Under the pieces are notes generated by a model. The model did not search any database. It was not told the DNA's origin and worked only from the letters and a program-made list of their open reading frames with translations. This document shows, piece by piece, positions 35,612 to 44,406 of a stretch of 64,000 nt of DNA (position 1 is its first letter; every line of letters starts with the position of its first letter). This DNA is from an uncultured bacterium (lineage in GTDB: Bacteria > Chlamydiota > Chlamydiia > Chlamydiales > FEN-1388), in contig CAZASK010000007.1 in NCBI GenBank assembly GCA_964487845.1, positions 5,999 to 69,998 on the forward strand, read 5' to 3'. Both the position numbers and the translations under genes were made by a program.

Positions 35612-36867
35612 ATTTTCCCAAATAGACCTTCAGCGCGATTTTCAATCAATTCTACTTCTACTATCTGATTTGTTCCTAAATTACCACGTGGAATATATAC
35701 TTCAAGAAAGGTATCTGTATGTCCACGTAAGAGATTGTCTGCATCATGGGCTTCTTCTGTGAGCACCCATACTTTTTTACCGACATAACACTCTCGTAAT
35801 GTAAAAGAGACCTCTTCTGCGACACGCAAAAGCTCGCTTTTGCGCACTTGTATTACCTCTTGAGGCACCTTATTGGGATAGAGACTAGACCTTGTTCGTG
35901 GGCGATCGCTATAGGGAAACATATGCACTTTTGCAAATTCGGCCTCTCGAATAGCAGCTATGGTCTCTTGAAAATCAACATCTGTCTCTCCAGGAAATCC
36001 CACGATGACATCCGTGGTGAAGGTAAAGTCTGGATCTTCTGCCTTGAGCCTGCGAACAGTCTCTTGAAATATCTGTCTTGTATATTTCCGATTCATTCGC
36101 TTCAGCACCATATTTGACCCTGACTGCAACACAAGATGCATGGAGTGACATGTATTTTTCCCATAGAGGATAGCACGCTGCAAATCGGCATCTACTTCGT
36201 CAGGATCTATAGAGGAGAGTCTCAGCCTTTTGACGCCTGGCACTTCATCCACTGCCTTCACAAGATCTACCAGACGATGGCTACTCCCCTTACCTCCATC
36301 AAAATCTCCAATATTAATGCCTGTTAAGACAATTTCTTGATATCCAGAGGCAACAAGCGTCTCTACTTCTTGTAAAATACTTTCAATAGATCTGGAGTGA
36401 GAACGGCCACGCACATACGGGATGATGCAATAGGTACAAAATGAATTGCAGCCATCTTGGACTTTAACAAAAGCACGAGTATGAGCCTCAAAGCGTGTAA
36501 TGGCAAACTCTGGAACCTCTTCTTCAGGAAACATCTGACGAATCAACTGCTCTTTATCGCTATTGGAAACCACATGATGGACACCTTCGATCGCACGCAC
36601 AGATTCTGGATCGCGCTCTGCTAGACATCCCGTTACTACCACCTTCGCACCCGTATTCTTCTTCGCGAGCTGGCGGATAAGATGACGCGAGCTACTGTCG
36701 GCACTATGAGTTACAGTACAGGTGTTGACAACGCAGAGATCAGCCACTTCATCGCCCTTAGCCTCTTCAAATCCCATTTGGGTCAGCTGATCACGAAATG
36801 CCTGCGCCTCGTATTGATTTGTGCGGCATCCTAAAGCTTCGATACGATATTTTTTCTTTTCTAGCAT
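35608..36867 (-). CDS. mtaB: MiaB-like tRNA methylthiotransferase, MtaB type
   Basis: The ORF is 419 aa, with N-terminal LGCRTNQYE and NTCTVT motifs and radical-SAM CNSFCTYC. Confidence 0.8.
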   Translation of the reverse strand: MLEKKKYRIEALGCRTNQYEAQAFRDQLTQMGFEEAKGDEVADLCVVNTCTVTHSADSSSRHLIRQLAKKNTGAKVVVTGCLAERDPESVRAIEGVHHVVSNSDKEQLIRQMFPEEEVPEFAITRFEAHTRAFVKVQDGCNSFCTYCIIPYVRGRSHSRSIESILQEVETLVASGYQEIVLTGINIGDFDGGKGSSHRLVDLVKAVDEVPGVKRLRLSSIDPDEVDADLQRAILYGKNTCHSMHLVLQSGSNMVLKRMNRKYTRQIFQETVRRLKAEDPDFTFTTDVIVGFPGETDVDFQETIAAIREAEFAKVHMFPYSDRPRTRSSLYPNKVPQEVIQVRKSELLRVAEEVSFTLRECYVGKKVWVLTEEAHDADNLLRGHTDTFLEVYIPRGNLGTNQIVEVELIENRAEGLFGKI

Positions 36868-36999
36868 CTACTACTCATGAACAATATATGACTTGGAAGG
36901 AGTCGATTATATCTTACTGGGTAGGTAAAAATGAAGCACAAATAGTAGAGCGCTCATAGTCAAAACAACAACTCATTATTTTGTTCCTGCTCGCTGATA

Positions 37000-37035
37000 T
37001 TGACAAAAATAGAGCTTAGGTATCAAAATATGATA
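37000..37035 (+). promoter_or_regulatory. Putative abiE promoter with a small palindrome (possible AbiEi operator)
   Basis: TTGACA (37000..37005) is followed by an A/T-rich -10 region, and TATCA-N5-TGATA lies at 37021..37035, 15 nt upstream of the AbiEi ATG. This is a pattern match only. Confidence 0.25.
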
Positions 37036-37049
37036 CATAGAGGATAATT

Positions 37050-37721
37050 ATGTCAAAGTTATACGGTATGGACCAAGCCATTATTACGCTTACCAATCGT
37101 GCTTTTACAAACGAGCTTGATTATCAGCTTGTAATGGATTGCCTGAAAGAGTACCGCTCTCCGCGCGCAAAGCTTAGTCGTCTTATGCGCGATCAAGTGC
37201 TGATCCATATGAGAAAAGGATTATACGTCTTAGGCGAAAAATCAAAACATGCACCTTATTGCCTTGAGCGTATAGCAAATTTGCTCTACGGACCCTCTTA
37301 TGTATCACTTGAACGAGCCCTTCACATATATGGCTTGATTCCGGAACACGCAGAGGTCGTGACAAGTGTGACATGTAAATTGTCCAAAAACTACTCTACC
37401 TCTATCGGTTATTTTGTATATGCACACTGCCCTTCAAAGAGCTATGCAATTGGTGTAACACTCAAGGAGTTTGCAGAACATGACCAAGCGCTTATCGCAA
37501 CCCCAGAAAAAGCCCTTATCGACCTGCTCACTATTCGACGAGGAAAAATCACAAGCATGTCGCAGATAGAAAAAATTCTGATAGAAGATTTACGAATCGA
37601 AGAAGACGATTTACGCAATCTTGATCGCACTCATATCCAGCGCATTCTGGCTGTTTATCCACATAGTGCTATTCATTTTCTTGAAAAATGGCTTCTCCGT
37701 TTAAAAGGAGACAGCAGATGA
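37050..37721 (+). CDS. abiEi: AbiEi-family type IV antitoxin / transcriptional regulator
   Basis: The ORF is 223 aa. Its N-terminal winged-helix-like segment RAKLSRLMRDQVLIHMRKGLYVLGE is typical of AbiEi. It is paired with an AbiEii gene through an ATGA overlap. Confidence 0.65.
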   Translation: MSKLYGMDQAIITLTNRAFTNELDYQLVMDCLKEYRSPRAKLSRLMRDQVLIHMRKGLYVLGEKSKHAPYCLERIANLLYGPSYVSLERALHIYGLIPEHAEVVTSVTCKLSKNYSTSIGYFVYAHCPSKSYAIGVTLKEFAEHDQALIATPEKALIDLLTIRRGKITSMSQIEKILIEDLRIEEDDLRNLDRTHIQRILAVYPHSAIHFLEKWLLRLKGDSR

Positions 37722-38590
37722 ATGATGCCATCTACAAAATGTTGGAACGTTATAAAATAACGAACCAAGCAGACACAGAAAGAGCATTGCGAGAAATCTT
37801 GCAAGAAATCACGCTCATAGGCCTCTGGAGAAGTAAATTTTTTGACCACGCCGCCTTCTATGGAGGCACGGCTCTTCGAATCCTGTACGGGCTAGATCGA
37901 TTCTCAGAAGATCTTGATTTCACACTTCTCAATAATCAATCTTTTACCTGGAACATGTTCGCAAATCAAGTAGTTCAAGAACTATCGTGCTACGGATTTG
38001 AAGTAAATTTTAGTGAAAAGAAAAAGCAAATACCAACTTCTGTTCAGTCTGCATTTCATAAAACCAACACAAAGCACGCACTCCTGCAGATAAGCCAGTC
38101 AAAATCATTAACCAGCAAACACAATCCAGACGCCCTCATCCGCATTAAAATAGAGATAGACACATGCCCTACTTTAGGTTTTAATACTACCTCAACTTAT
38201 TTACGTGATCCCTTACCCATTCCTATCCGAACATTACACGAGTCTAGTTTATTTGCATGTAAAACGCATGCCACCCTGTACAGAGCTTGGAAACAAAGAA
38301 TCAAAGGAGGTGACTGGTATGACCTCATCTGGTTTTTAAGACGTGGTACGCCACTTCATGTCAAATACCTAGAAGCCTGCATGCATGCGAGCGGCACTCT
38401 TGAAAAACATGAACTCTTGACTATACTGACCATCAAAAACCTCCTTAAAAATAGATTGCAGCAAATCAATCTCGATGCTGCAAAAGAAGACATTCGACCA
38501 TTTCTACGCGACCCCACGCAACTTGATTTATGGTCTATTGATTTTTTTACCTATTGGATTGATCGCCTGCAATCTACCCAAGATAGCTAA
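37718..38590 (+). CDS. abiEii: AbiEii/DUF1814 nucleotidyltransferase toxin
   Basis: It has the characteristic motif FYGGTALRILYGLDRFSEDLDF. ATG 37718 overlaps the abiEi TGA and is preceded by AAAAGGAG. Confidence 0.8.
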   Translation: MNDAIYKMLERYKITNQADTERALREILQEITLIGLWRSKFFDHAAFYGGTALRILYGLDRFSEDLDFTLLNNQSFTWNMFANQVVQELSCYGFEVNFSEKKKQIPTSVQSAFHKTNTKHALLQISQSKSLTSKHNPDALIRIKIEIDTCPTLGFNTTSTYLRDPLPIPIRTLHESSLFACKTHATLYRAWKQRIKGGDWYDLIWFLRRGTPLHVKYLEACMHASGTLEKHELLTILTIKNLLKNRLQQINLDAAKEDIRPFLRDPTQLDLWSIDFFTYWIDRLQSTQDS

Positions 38591-39930
38591 AAAGTGGTAA
38601 CATATCTCTGAAACTGCCAAGCGATGCTCTGCGGCAACTCTACATCGAGAAGTACATCGTTTTCCTCATATGATTGCTCGTAAATATGACCATCCCGGAT
38701 GGCAGCCGCAATCAGCTTATATTCGCTTTGTGGAACTCTCAGCTGCAGCCTTACTCTTCTTTTCTGCAACACATGGTTGATTTCTTCAAAGAGCGCTTCA
38801 AAGCCCGTCTGCTCGAGCGCTGACATTTCTATTGCTCTTGGATACATGAGCTTCAACTTTGTAAAAGCTTCTCTTTCTCGAGGACCCATTTCCGCCAACT
38901 TATCTACTTTATTCAAAATAGTGATAGCTGGCGTATTTGGAGCTTTAAGCTCTTTTAATACCTTTAACGTGGTCTCCGACTGCTCAACAGCACCCGGGTG
39001 GGTAGCATCGATGATATGAATGAGAAATTCAGACTGTACAGCCTCTTCTAATGTGCTCTTAAATGCATGAACCAGAAGATGAGGTAATTTACGAATAAAG
39101 CCCACGGTGTCGATAAATAAAAGCTCTTGCTTATTTGGCAGCACATACTTTCTCGTCGTTGTATCCAACGTAGCAAAAAGCTTATCTTCTACCAACACTT
39201 CAGCCTGTGTAAGCGCCTTCATTAAAGTCGATTTACCAGCATTGGTATAGCCTACAATCGCAAATACAGGAATACTGGTACGTTCTCTCAAAATACGCTG
39301 CGTGCTTCGATGAGCTTGCATTTCTCGAATCTGCGTCTGCAGGCGGTCGATACGGGTTTTCAAAAGGCGTCTGTCAATTTCAATTTGCCTTTCCCCTTCA
39401 CCTTTTGTGTAGCCACCACCAGATGAGCCTCCGCCACCGCCACTTTGTTTTCCAAGGTGCGTCCACATTCTTCTGAGCCTTGGCGTCACATAACGAACCT
39501 GAGCGAGCTCTATCTGCAGCTTCGCCTCTTTTGTCCTCGCACGATCTCCAAAGACTCCTAAAATGACTTCTGTGCGATCGATCACAGGAACACGAAGAAT
39601 TTTTTCTAAATTTCTCTGTTGAGCTGGCGAGATCTCGTCATCAAAAATCACAAGATCTACTTGAAACTTCTGCACTGCCTGCAGAAGATCTTCGAGTTTT
39701 CCTGTGCTTATATAGGTGGCTGCTGAATAGGTCTTTATCGAAAGAGCAATTTTTTCAGTCGAGAGAATCCCATAGGTCGTTGCAAGAAGTTCAAGCTCCT
39801 TCAAACAATCGTCAACATATTCCTTTTTTGCATCGCCTTTGGCTATGCCAACAAGCAAAGCTCTTGCTTTTACAATCTTTTCTCGGTCAAACCAACCTGT
39901 TGATGATCCAATGATTTCTTCTGTATCCAT
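38587..39930 (-). CDS. hflX: GTPase HflX
   Basis: An HflX N-terminal domain is followed by G1 GYTNAGKST, G3 DTVGF and G4 NKVD. A Gly-rich linker GGGGGSSGGGY is present. Confidence 0.92.
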   Translation of the reverse strand: MDTEEIIGSSTGWFDREKIVKARALLVGIAKGDAKKEYVDDCLKELELLATTYGILSTEKIALSIKTYSAATYISTGKLEDLLQAVQKFQVDLVIFDDEISPAQQRNLEKILRVPVIDRTEVILGVFGDRARTKEAKLQIELAQVRYVTPRLRRMWTHLGKQSGGGGGSSGGGYTKGEGERQIEIDRRLLKTRIDRLQTQIREMQAHRSTQRILRERTSIPVFAIVGYTNAGKSTLMKALTQAEVLVEDKLFATLDTTTRKYVLPNKQELLFIDTVGFIRKLPHLLVHAFKSTLEEAVQSEFLIHIIDATHPGAVEQSETTLKVLKELKAPNTPAITILNKVDKLAEMGPREREAFTKLKLMYPRAIEMSALEQTGFEALFEEINHVLQKRRVRLQLRVPQSEYKLIAAAIRDGHIYEQSYEENDVLLDVELPQSIAWQFQRYVTTF

Positions 39931-39935
39931 ATATT

Positions 39936-40727
39936 TTATTGCTCAGCGTGTAGTACAAGCCCATCATATGCAATATGCATACCTTTGGGCAAAAGAGTGG
40001 AAGCGTGATTATAATCGATTTCGTGTGAAAGATGAATAAAATACGCACTGTGAGGAGATATTTTTTTTACAAAATCCACAGCCTCATCAATTGTAAAATG
40101 AAGTGTTGACGGCGTAAATCGCAATGCACTTATGACAAGTGTTTTGACTCCTTTCAAAAAGTCATACAATGATACATCATATGTTTTGATGTCAGTGAGA
40201 TAGGCAAGATCTCCAAAGCGAAGACCGAGTACCGGCATGCTGCCTTGTTTGTAGGTGGTATAGCTAAAAGGAAGATCGCCTACAGCGGCCATGCCATGAT
40301 CATGTGGCAAAGGGATAAAGTCAAATTTTGCGGTGTGATTGCTGCCATCACTATTTTCCTTAAAATGGTAGTGATACTGACTTTTGACTTCATGCAAGCT
40401 TTGCTTGGAAAGGACACATGGAATAGGCGCCTGTTGCTTGTAATTAAAAATGCGCAAATCCTCCAGCCCCCCTAAGTGATCATAGTGCGTATGTGTTAAA
40501 ATAAGACCATCAACACGATCGATATGTCTCTCAAGAGCTTGCTGTCTGATATCAGGCCCCGCGTCAATCAAATATTTTCTATTATTATGACTCAGTAGAG
40601 CAGCAGAACGCAGTCGCCTGTTTTTTGGCTCTATTGACAGACACACGGCACATGAGCAACCTATGACAGGCACTCCGCTCGAGGCTCCTGTCCCAAGAAA
40701 AGTAAGAGTGGGTGTTTTCAATAACAT
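39936..40727 (-). CDS. MBL-fold metallo-hydrolase (PhnP/GPMB-like)
   Basis: HxHxDH motif (LTHTHYDHLGG); 263 aa. Confidence 0.8.
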   Translation of the reverse strand: MLLKTPTLTFLGTGASSGVPVIGCSCAVCLSIEPKNRRLRSAALLSHNNRKYLIDAGPDIRQQALERHIDRVDGLILTHTHYDHLGGLEDLRIFNYKQQAPIPCVLSKQSLHEVKSQYHYHFKENSDGSNHTAKFDFIPLPHDHGMAAVGDLPFSYTTYKQGSMPVLGLRFGDLAYLTDIKTYDVSLYDFLKGVKTLVISALRFTPSTLHFTIDEAVDFVKKISPHSAYFIHLSHEIDYNHASTLLPKGMHIAYDGLVLHAEQ

Positions 40728-40847
40728 ATGCGATAGGTATACTACAACAGCCCAAAAATTGGCTACTTATACCATTTGGCTCTCGTCAAAAAGTTGCCAT
40801 CCGTGAGAAAATAGTCCACTCCCGGAATATGGGTCAAGGGTTTACAA

Positions 40848-41816
40848 ATGAAAATTGCAGTCATTGGAGCGGGCTTTGCAGGGCTTGCCACCAGCTATTG
40901 GCTTACACACACCACTACTCACGAAGTGGCGCTATTCGATCGCCTACCAATCGGGGAAGGCACTTCAGGTATTGCGGCAGGCCTTTTACACCCTTATAGA
41001 AGTAGCTCTTTTCTTCCTAACTGGAATGCAGAAGTATGCATGCAAGAAACTGAGTTTCTCTTAAATGTAGCTTCATCAATGCTTCCATTTTCTTGCTATC
41101 AAAGAAGCGGCATCCTCAGGCCGATTACTCACGACACAGCATGGGATCTCTCAGAACTACCCAAAGAATGCGAAATGTGGGATCGAGAAAAAACAGCTTC
41201 TTTGCCAGGCTTAAAACCTCTTTCCGCACTCTTTCTCAAAAGAGGCATTACTGTCGACTGTAGCAACTACCTCAAAGGACTCTATCTTGCGTGCACAAGA
41301 AAGGGGCTACTATTTGAACAGCGAGACATCTCGGCACTCACAGAGCTTGCTTCCTTTGACAAAATCGTGATTGCAACAGGCGCTGCCATCTCGTCACTCA
41401 AAGAAACAGAGCATCTTCCAATCACGCGTATCAAAGGCCAACTTCTCGAAATCGAACATACGCACAACCCACTACCTTGTCCCATCTTCGCAAAGGCCTA
41501 TCTCATCACAAAAGAAAAAAGTGCAATCATAGGAGCCACATTCGAAAGACGCTTTAGTAATACAGAGCCCGACATGAGATATGCGCAAGATGATCTTATG
41601 AAAAAAATTGAATCATTTTCCTCTTGGCATACAAGAGGAGCTGTGCTTCGCTGTAAAGCTGGCTTTCGCGCAACAACACGCGATCACCGTCCACTAATTG
41701 CCCCGATCAATGAAAATTGTGTGTGCATCACAGGACTTGGATCTCGAGGATTATTGTATCATGCATATATGGCAAAACAAGTCGCTCATAGGATTACTCA
41801 TCTTACGCACTTGTGA
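40848..41816 (+). CDS. FAD-dependent oxidoreductase (DAO family)
   Basis: N-terminal dinucleotide-binding motif MKIAVIGAGFAGLATSYWL; 322 aa. Confidence 0.75.
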   Translation: MKIAVIGAGFAGLATSYWLTHTTTHEVALFDRLPIGEGTSGIAAGLLHPYRSSSFLPNWNAEVCMQETEFLLNVASSMLPFSCYQRSGILRPITHDTAWDLSELPKECEMWDREKTASLPGLKPLSALFLKRGITVDCSNYLKGLYLACTRKGLLFEQRDISALTELASFDKIVIATGAAISSLKETEHLPITRIKGQLLEIEHTHNPLPCPIFAKAYLITKEKSAIIGATFERRFSNTEPDMRYAQDDLMKKIESFSSWHTRGAVLRCKAGFRATTRDHRPLIAPINENCVCITGLGSRGLLYHAYMAKQVAHRITHLTHL

Positions 41817-41848
41817 TGCCAGGAGGCATCACAAGTGCGTAAGATGAG
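41797..41848. terminator. 24-bp perfect inverted repeat (4-nt loop) between convergent genes
   Basis: ctcatcttacgcacttgtgatgcc / agga / ggcatcacaagtgcgtaagatgag. The left arm encodes the last codons and the TGA of the oxidoreductase. The right arm ends 3 nt before the ankyrin gene stop. Confidence 0.65.
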
Positions 41849-41851
41849 TGA

Positions 41852-43573
41852 TTACCAACTCACCTTCCACTTTTCCTTAAATATCTGTGTAACCACGAAG
41901 TTTTGCGCTTTTTTTACCTCTTCCTCAATCAGCGACATGTGCTCACCTTCATCAACGATAAAACAGCTAAGTAAACTACGCAGTATGGAAAATGATGGAT
42001 TCCAGGGAAAATCTATACCTTTGGCCTCCTCAATAGCTTTCAAAATACATGATGTCTGTTGCGGCTTATCAATAGACTCAAGATGAGTTTTTTGTAGTAT
42101 CGCATCTACTACTTCATTTTGTTTATTTGCAATAGCTTGAGTGAGTAATACAGGCATATCTTCCAATTTCGGTCCAAGTCCACATAAAATGAGATATTTG
42201 ATTATCTCCCACGTTTTTGTCGAAGCAAGCTCTCTATTTTCTAACCCGGTAACCATCTGCATAGCCTTCAAAAAGAGCTCTTCATAAAAAACAACCTCAA
42301 GAGTGTATTGCTTTGCTAGATTCAGTAAATGCAATATATATTCGGCTCTTGAATCACGAACACATCCTACTAGTAAAGATCGCATTTCAAATTCTGATGG
42401 GGTGAGATTACATTGAAGGAGATAATAAATCGTAATCCACTTTTTAGCTTGGACCGCCATCGCCATGATATTTTTAGGAAGCTCTAGAGGACACGAGTTA
42501 CCATCTTTCTTCACTCGTTGTTTGTAGTAAAACAGTAGAAGCTTTACTACCTTACTACGCTTTTCACATACTGCTTTTTCAATCATGTCTGTAAATTCGC
42601 GGACTTGAATATAGACATCATATTGAAGAAAGAGGTGCATCATCTTCCAATCATTTTGTTCAAAAGCAATTGATATGGCACTCTTCCCTTGAATATCGAA
42701 ATTGGGATCGCCTCCCCTCTTCAATACAAATCGCACCATATTTTTATTGCCCGACAAGAAGGCATTATGTAGGAGCGCTTGCATATCAAGAATTTTATTT
42801 CTACATTCAAACAATTTTTTTACTTCCTGGAGATTTCCTGCCTTAGCATATCTTAAAATATCTTCTTCTAACTGCAATCCCTCAAAGTTTTTAACAAGAA
42901 GATTTTCAACTGCTGTATGACTTGAATCACTCTTAATCTCACACTGTTTGAGTAACTGAGCAATTTGATCATATCCATTAGCTTTTATCTCTAAACAATA
43001 GTTCAGCCCTTCGGTCACTGCTTTTTGGGAAAAGGGTATTGAGAGTACAGAGCGCATAAGATCCACATTCCCAATGGCAAGTGCTATGCGCAAGATTTCA
43101 TCCTGCATAGACGCTCCATTTGACATCCACTTCTCAATACATTTCGTCTCTACATGATACTGTATCAAGAGCCTTGTTAATTTTTCGTCTAATGATACGA
43201 GAGCTGACCAAATAAAAGGTATATTTTGTTCTGTATGTCCATTCGGATTTGCGCCATGCTTCAAAAACAACTCCACTGCCTCTATATTCTTATTGAGCAT
43301 GTATTTTTCAAAAAGATGTCTACCTTTTTTATCACACACCAAATTTGGCAAACAGTTTTCCAAAAAAAGAGCTGCTAAATTAAAATGTTTACCTTCTATG
43401 CAGTCATCTAGAAACTGACCATTGACAACGATCTTGTGAAGAAGGGTAGCACCTTCATGAAATAACTTTGCAGCCACTGCCACATTTTTCCTATCAATAG
43501 CCTCGTGAAAATATTCATTTTTCCCAAGAATCCCACCTTGAATTGGCTGTAATGTACTATGTTCTGAAATCAT
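41852..43573 (-). CDS. Ankyrin-repeat protein
   Basis: The ORF is 573 aa with multiple ANK-like units (GATLLHKIVVNGQF..., IEAVELFLKHGANPNG, MVRFVLKRGGDPNFDIQGKSAISIAFEQNDWKMMHLFLQYDV). Confidence 0.7.
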   Translation of the reverse strand: MISEHSTLQPIQGGILGKNEYFHEAIDRKNVAVAAKLFHEGATLLHKIVVNGQFLDDCIEGKHFNLAALFLENCLPNLVCDKKGRHLFEKYMLNKNIEAVELFLKHGANPNGHTEQNIPFIWSALVSLDEKLTRLLIQYHVETKCIEKWMSNGASMQDEILRIALAIGNVDLMRSVLSIPFSQKAVTEGLNYCLEIKANGYDQIAQLLKQCEIKSDSSHTAVENLLVKNFEGLQLEEDILRYAKAGNLQEVKKLFECRNKILDMQALLHNAFLSGNKNMVRFVLKRGGDPNFDIQGKSAISIAFEQNDWKMMHLFLQYDVYIQVREFTDMIEKAVCEKRSKVVKLLLFYYKQRVKKDGNSCPLELPKNIMAMAVQAKKWITIYYLLQCNLTPSEFEMRSLLVGCVRDSRAEYILHLLNLAKQYTLEVVFYEELFLKAMQMVTGLENRELASTKTWEIIKYLILCGLGPKLEDMPVLLTQAIANKQNEVVDAILQKTHLESIDKPQQTSCILKAIEEAKGIDFPWNPSFSILRSLLSCFIVDEGEHMSLIEEEVKKAQNFVVTQIFKEKWKVSW

Positions 43574-43590
43574 AATTTTCTCTCATATTA

Positions 43591-44406
43591 CTAAATAGAT
43601 TTTTTCTGAATAGAGATATGCGCTTCAGCACTCATATGGAAAAAGAAGATAACTGGAAATGCAAAGAACGCAGCTACAGGCAACATCAAAAAAGCCCACT
43701 GTAAAACAAGCTGCATATGACTTTCTTGAACAAAATAAAGAGCGGTTGTAAGTGAGATGCAGAACCATACGAGCAGGCCAATTGCGATACAAGGCAACAA
43801 AGCGAGTATCAAAAAGCAAATTCGCTGGAAAAGACATTCTCGAAATAGACGTACAACATGCGGCAAAAACTGCTCTTTTGAAACTGATCGCAGTGACAAG
43901 AGAGGAGCTGCAGAGAATACGAAAAAAAAAGAGCCAATAACAAGAAGCGATGAAGCACACAAAAGAAAAAATGGCCCAATAACAAAGAAGGTGCTAAAAA
44001 AATCCCCGATAAGCGGTATCTCGCGCAATGCCAAAAAGATCCCCAGGACGAGCCACAGCACAATATATACGAGGATGACAGGAAAAAAAGAAAAGGCAGC
44101 GGTAAGAAGTGTCTCCCAAGAAGAGGCTATAAGAGCAGCATAGCTGTAAGACCTTCCTTTAATTTCATCATGATAGGCTCGAATTACAATCACACCGAGT
44201 GCCATCAGTATGCCGCAGCTGATAAAAAATGGTAGATATGACAAGCACAGAGTTACCCACAGACTTGCTGAAAGACAAAGACTTTTAAAGAAGACGAGAA
44301 TGACGCTACACACAAGCAATGCAGCTGTTGTCACAGCGAATTTTGTCCAATTGAATGTATGTGCGACTGCTCGCGAGCACATCGCCTCCAGAGTTTCAAA
44401 ATTCAT
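43591..44406 (-). CDS. Hypothetical polytopic membrane protein
   Basis: The ORF is 271 aa with about 6 hydrophobic helices. Its start overlaps the gltA stop in an ATGA arrangement. Confidence 0.5.
   Translation of the reverse strand: MNFETLEAMCSRAVAHTFNWTKFAVTTAALLVCSVILVFFKSLCLSASLWVTLCLSYLPFFISCGILMALGVIVIRAYHDEIKGRSYSYAALIASSWETLLTAAFSFFPVILVYIVLWLVLGIFLALREIPLIGDFFSTFFVIGPFFLLCASSLLVIGSFFFVFSAAPLLSLRSVSKEQFLPHVVRLFRECLFQRICFLILALLPCIAIGLLVWFCISLTTALYFVQESHMQLVLQWAFLMLPVAAFFAFPVIFFFHMSAEAHISIQKKSI

Noticed and set aside
43757-44143. 128-aa K/R-rich ORF on the plus strand
   Set aside because: It is antisense to a hydrophobic membrane-protein gene. The basic composition is the expected complement of Phe/Leu-rich codons.
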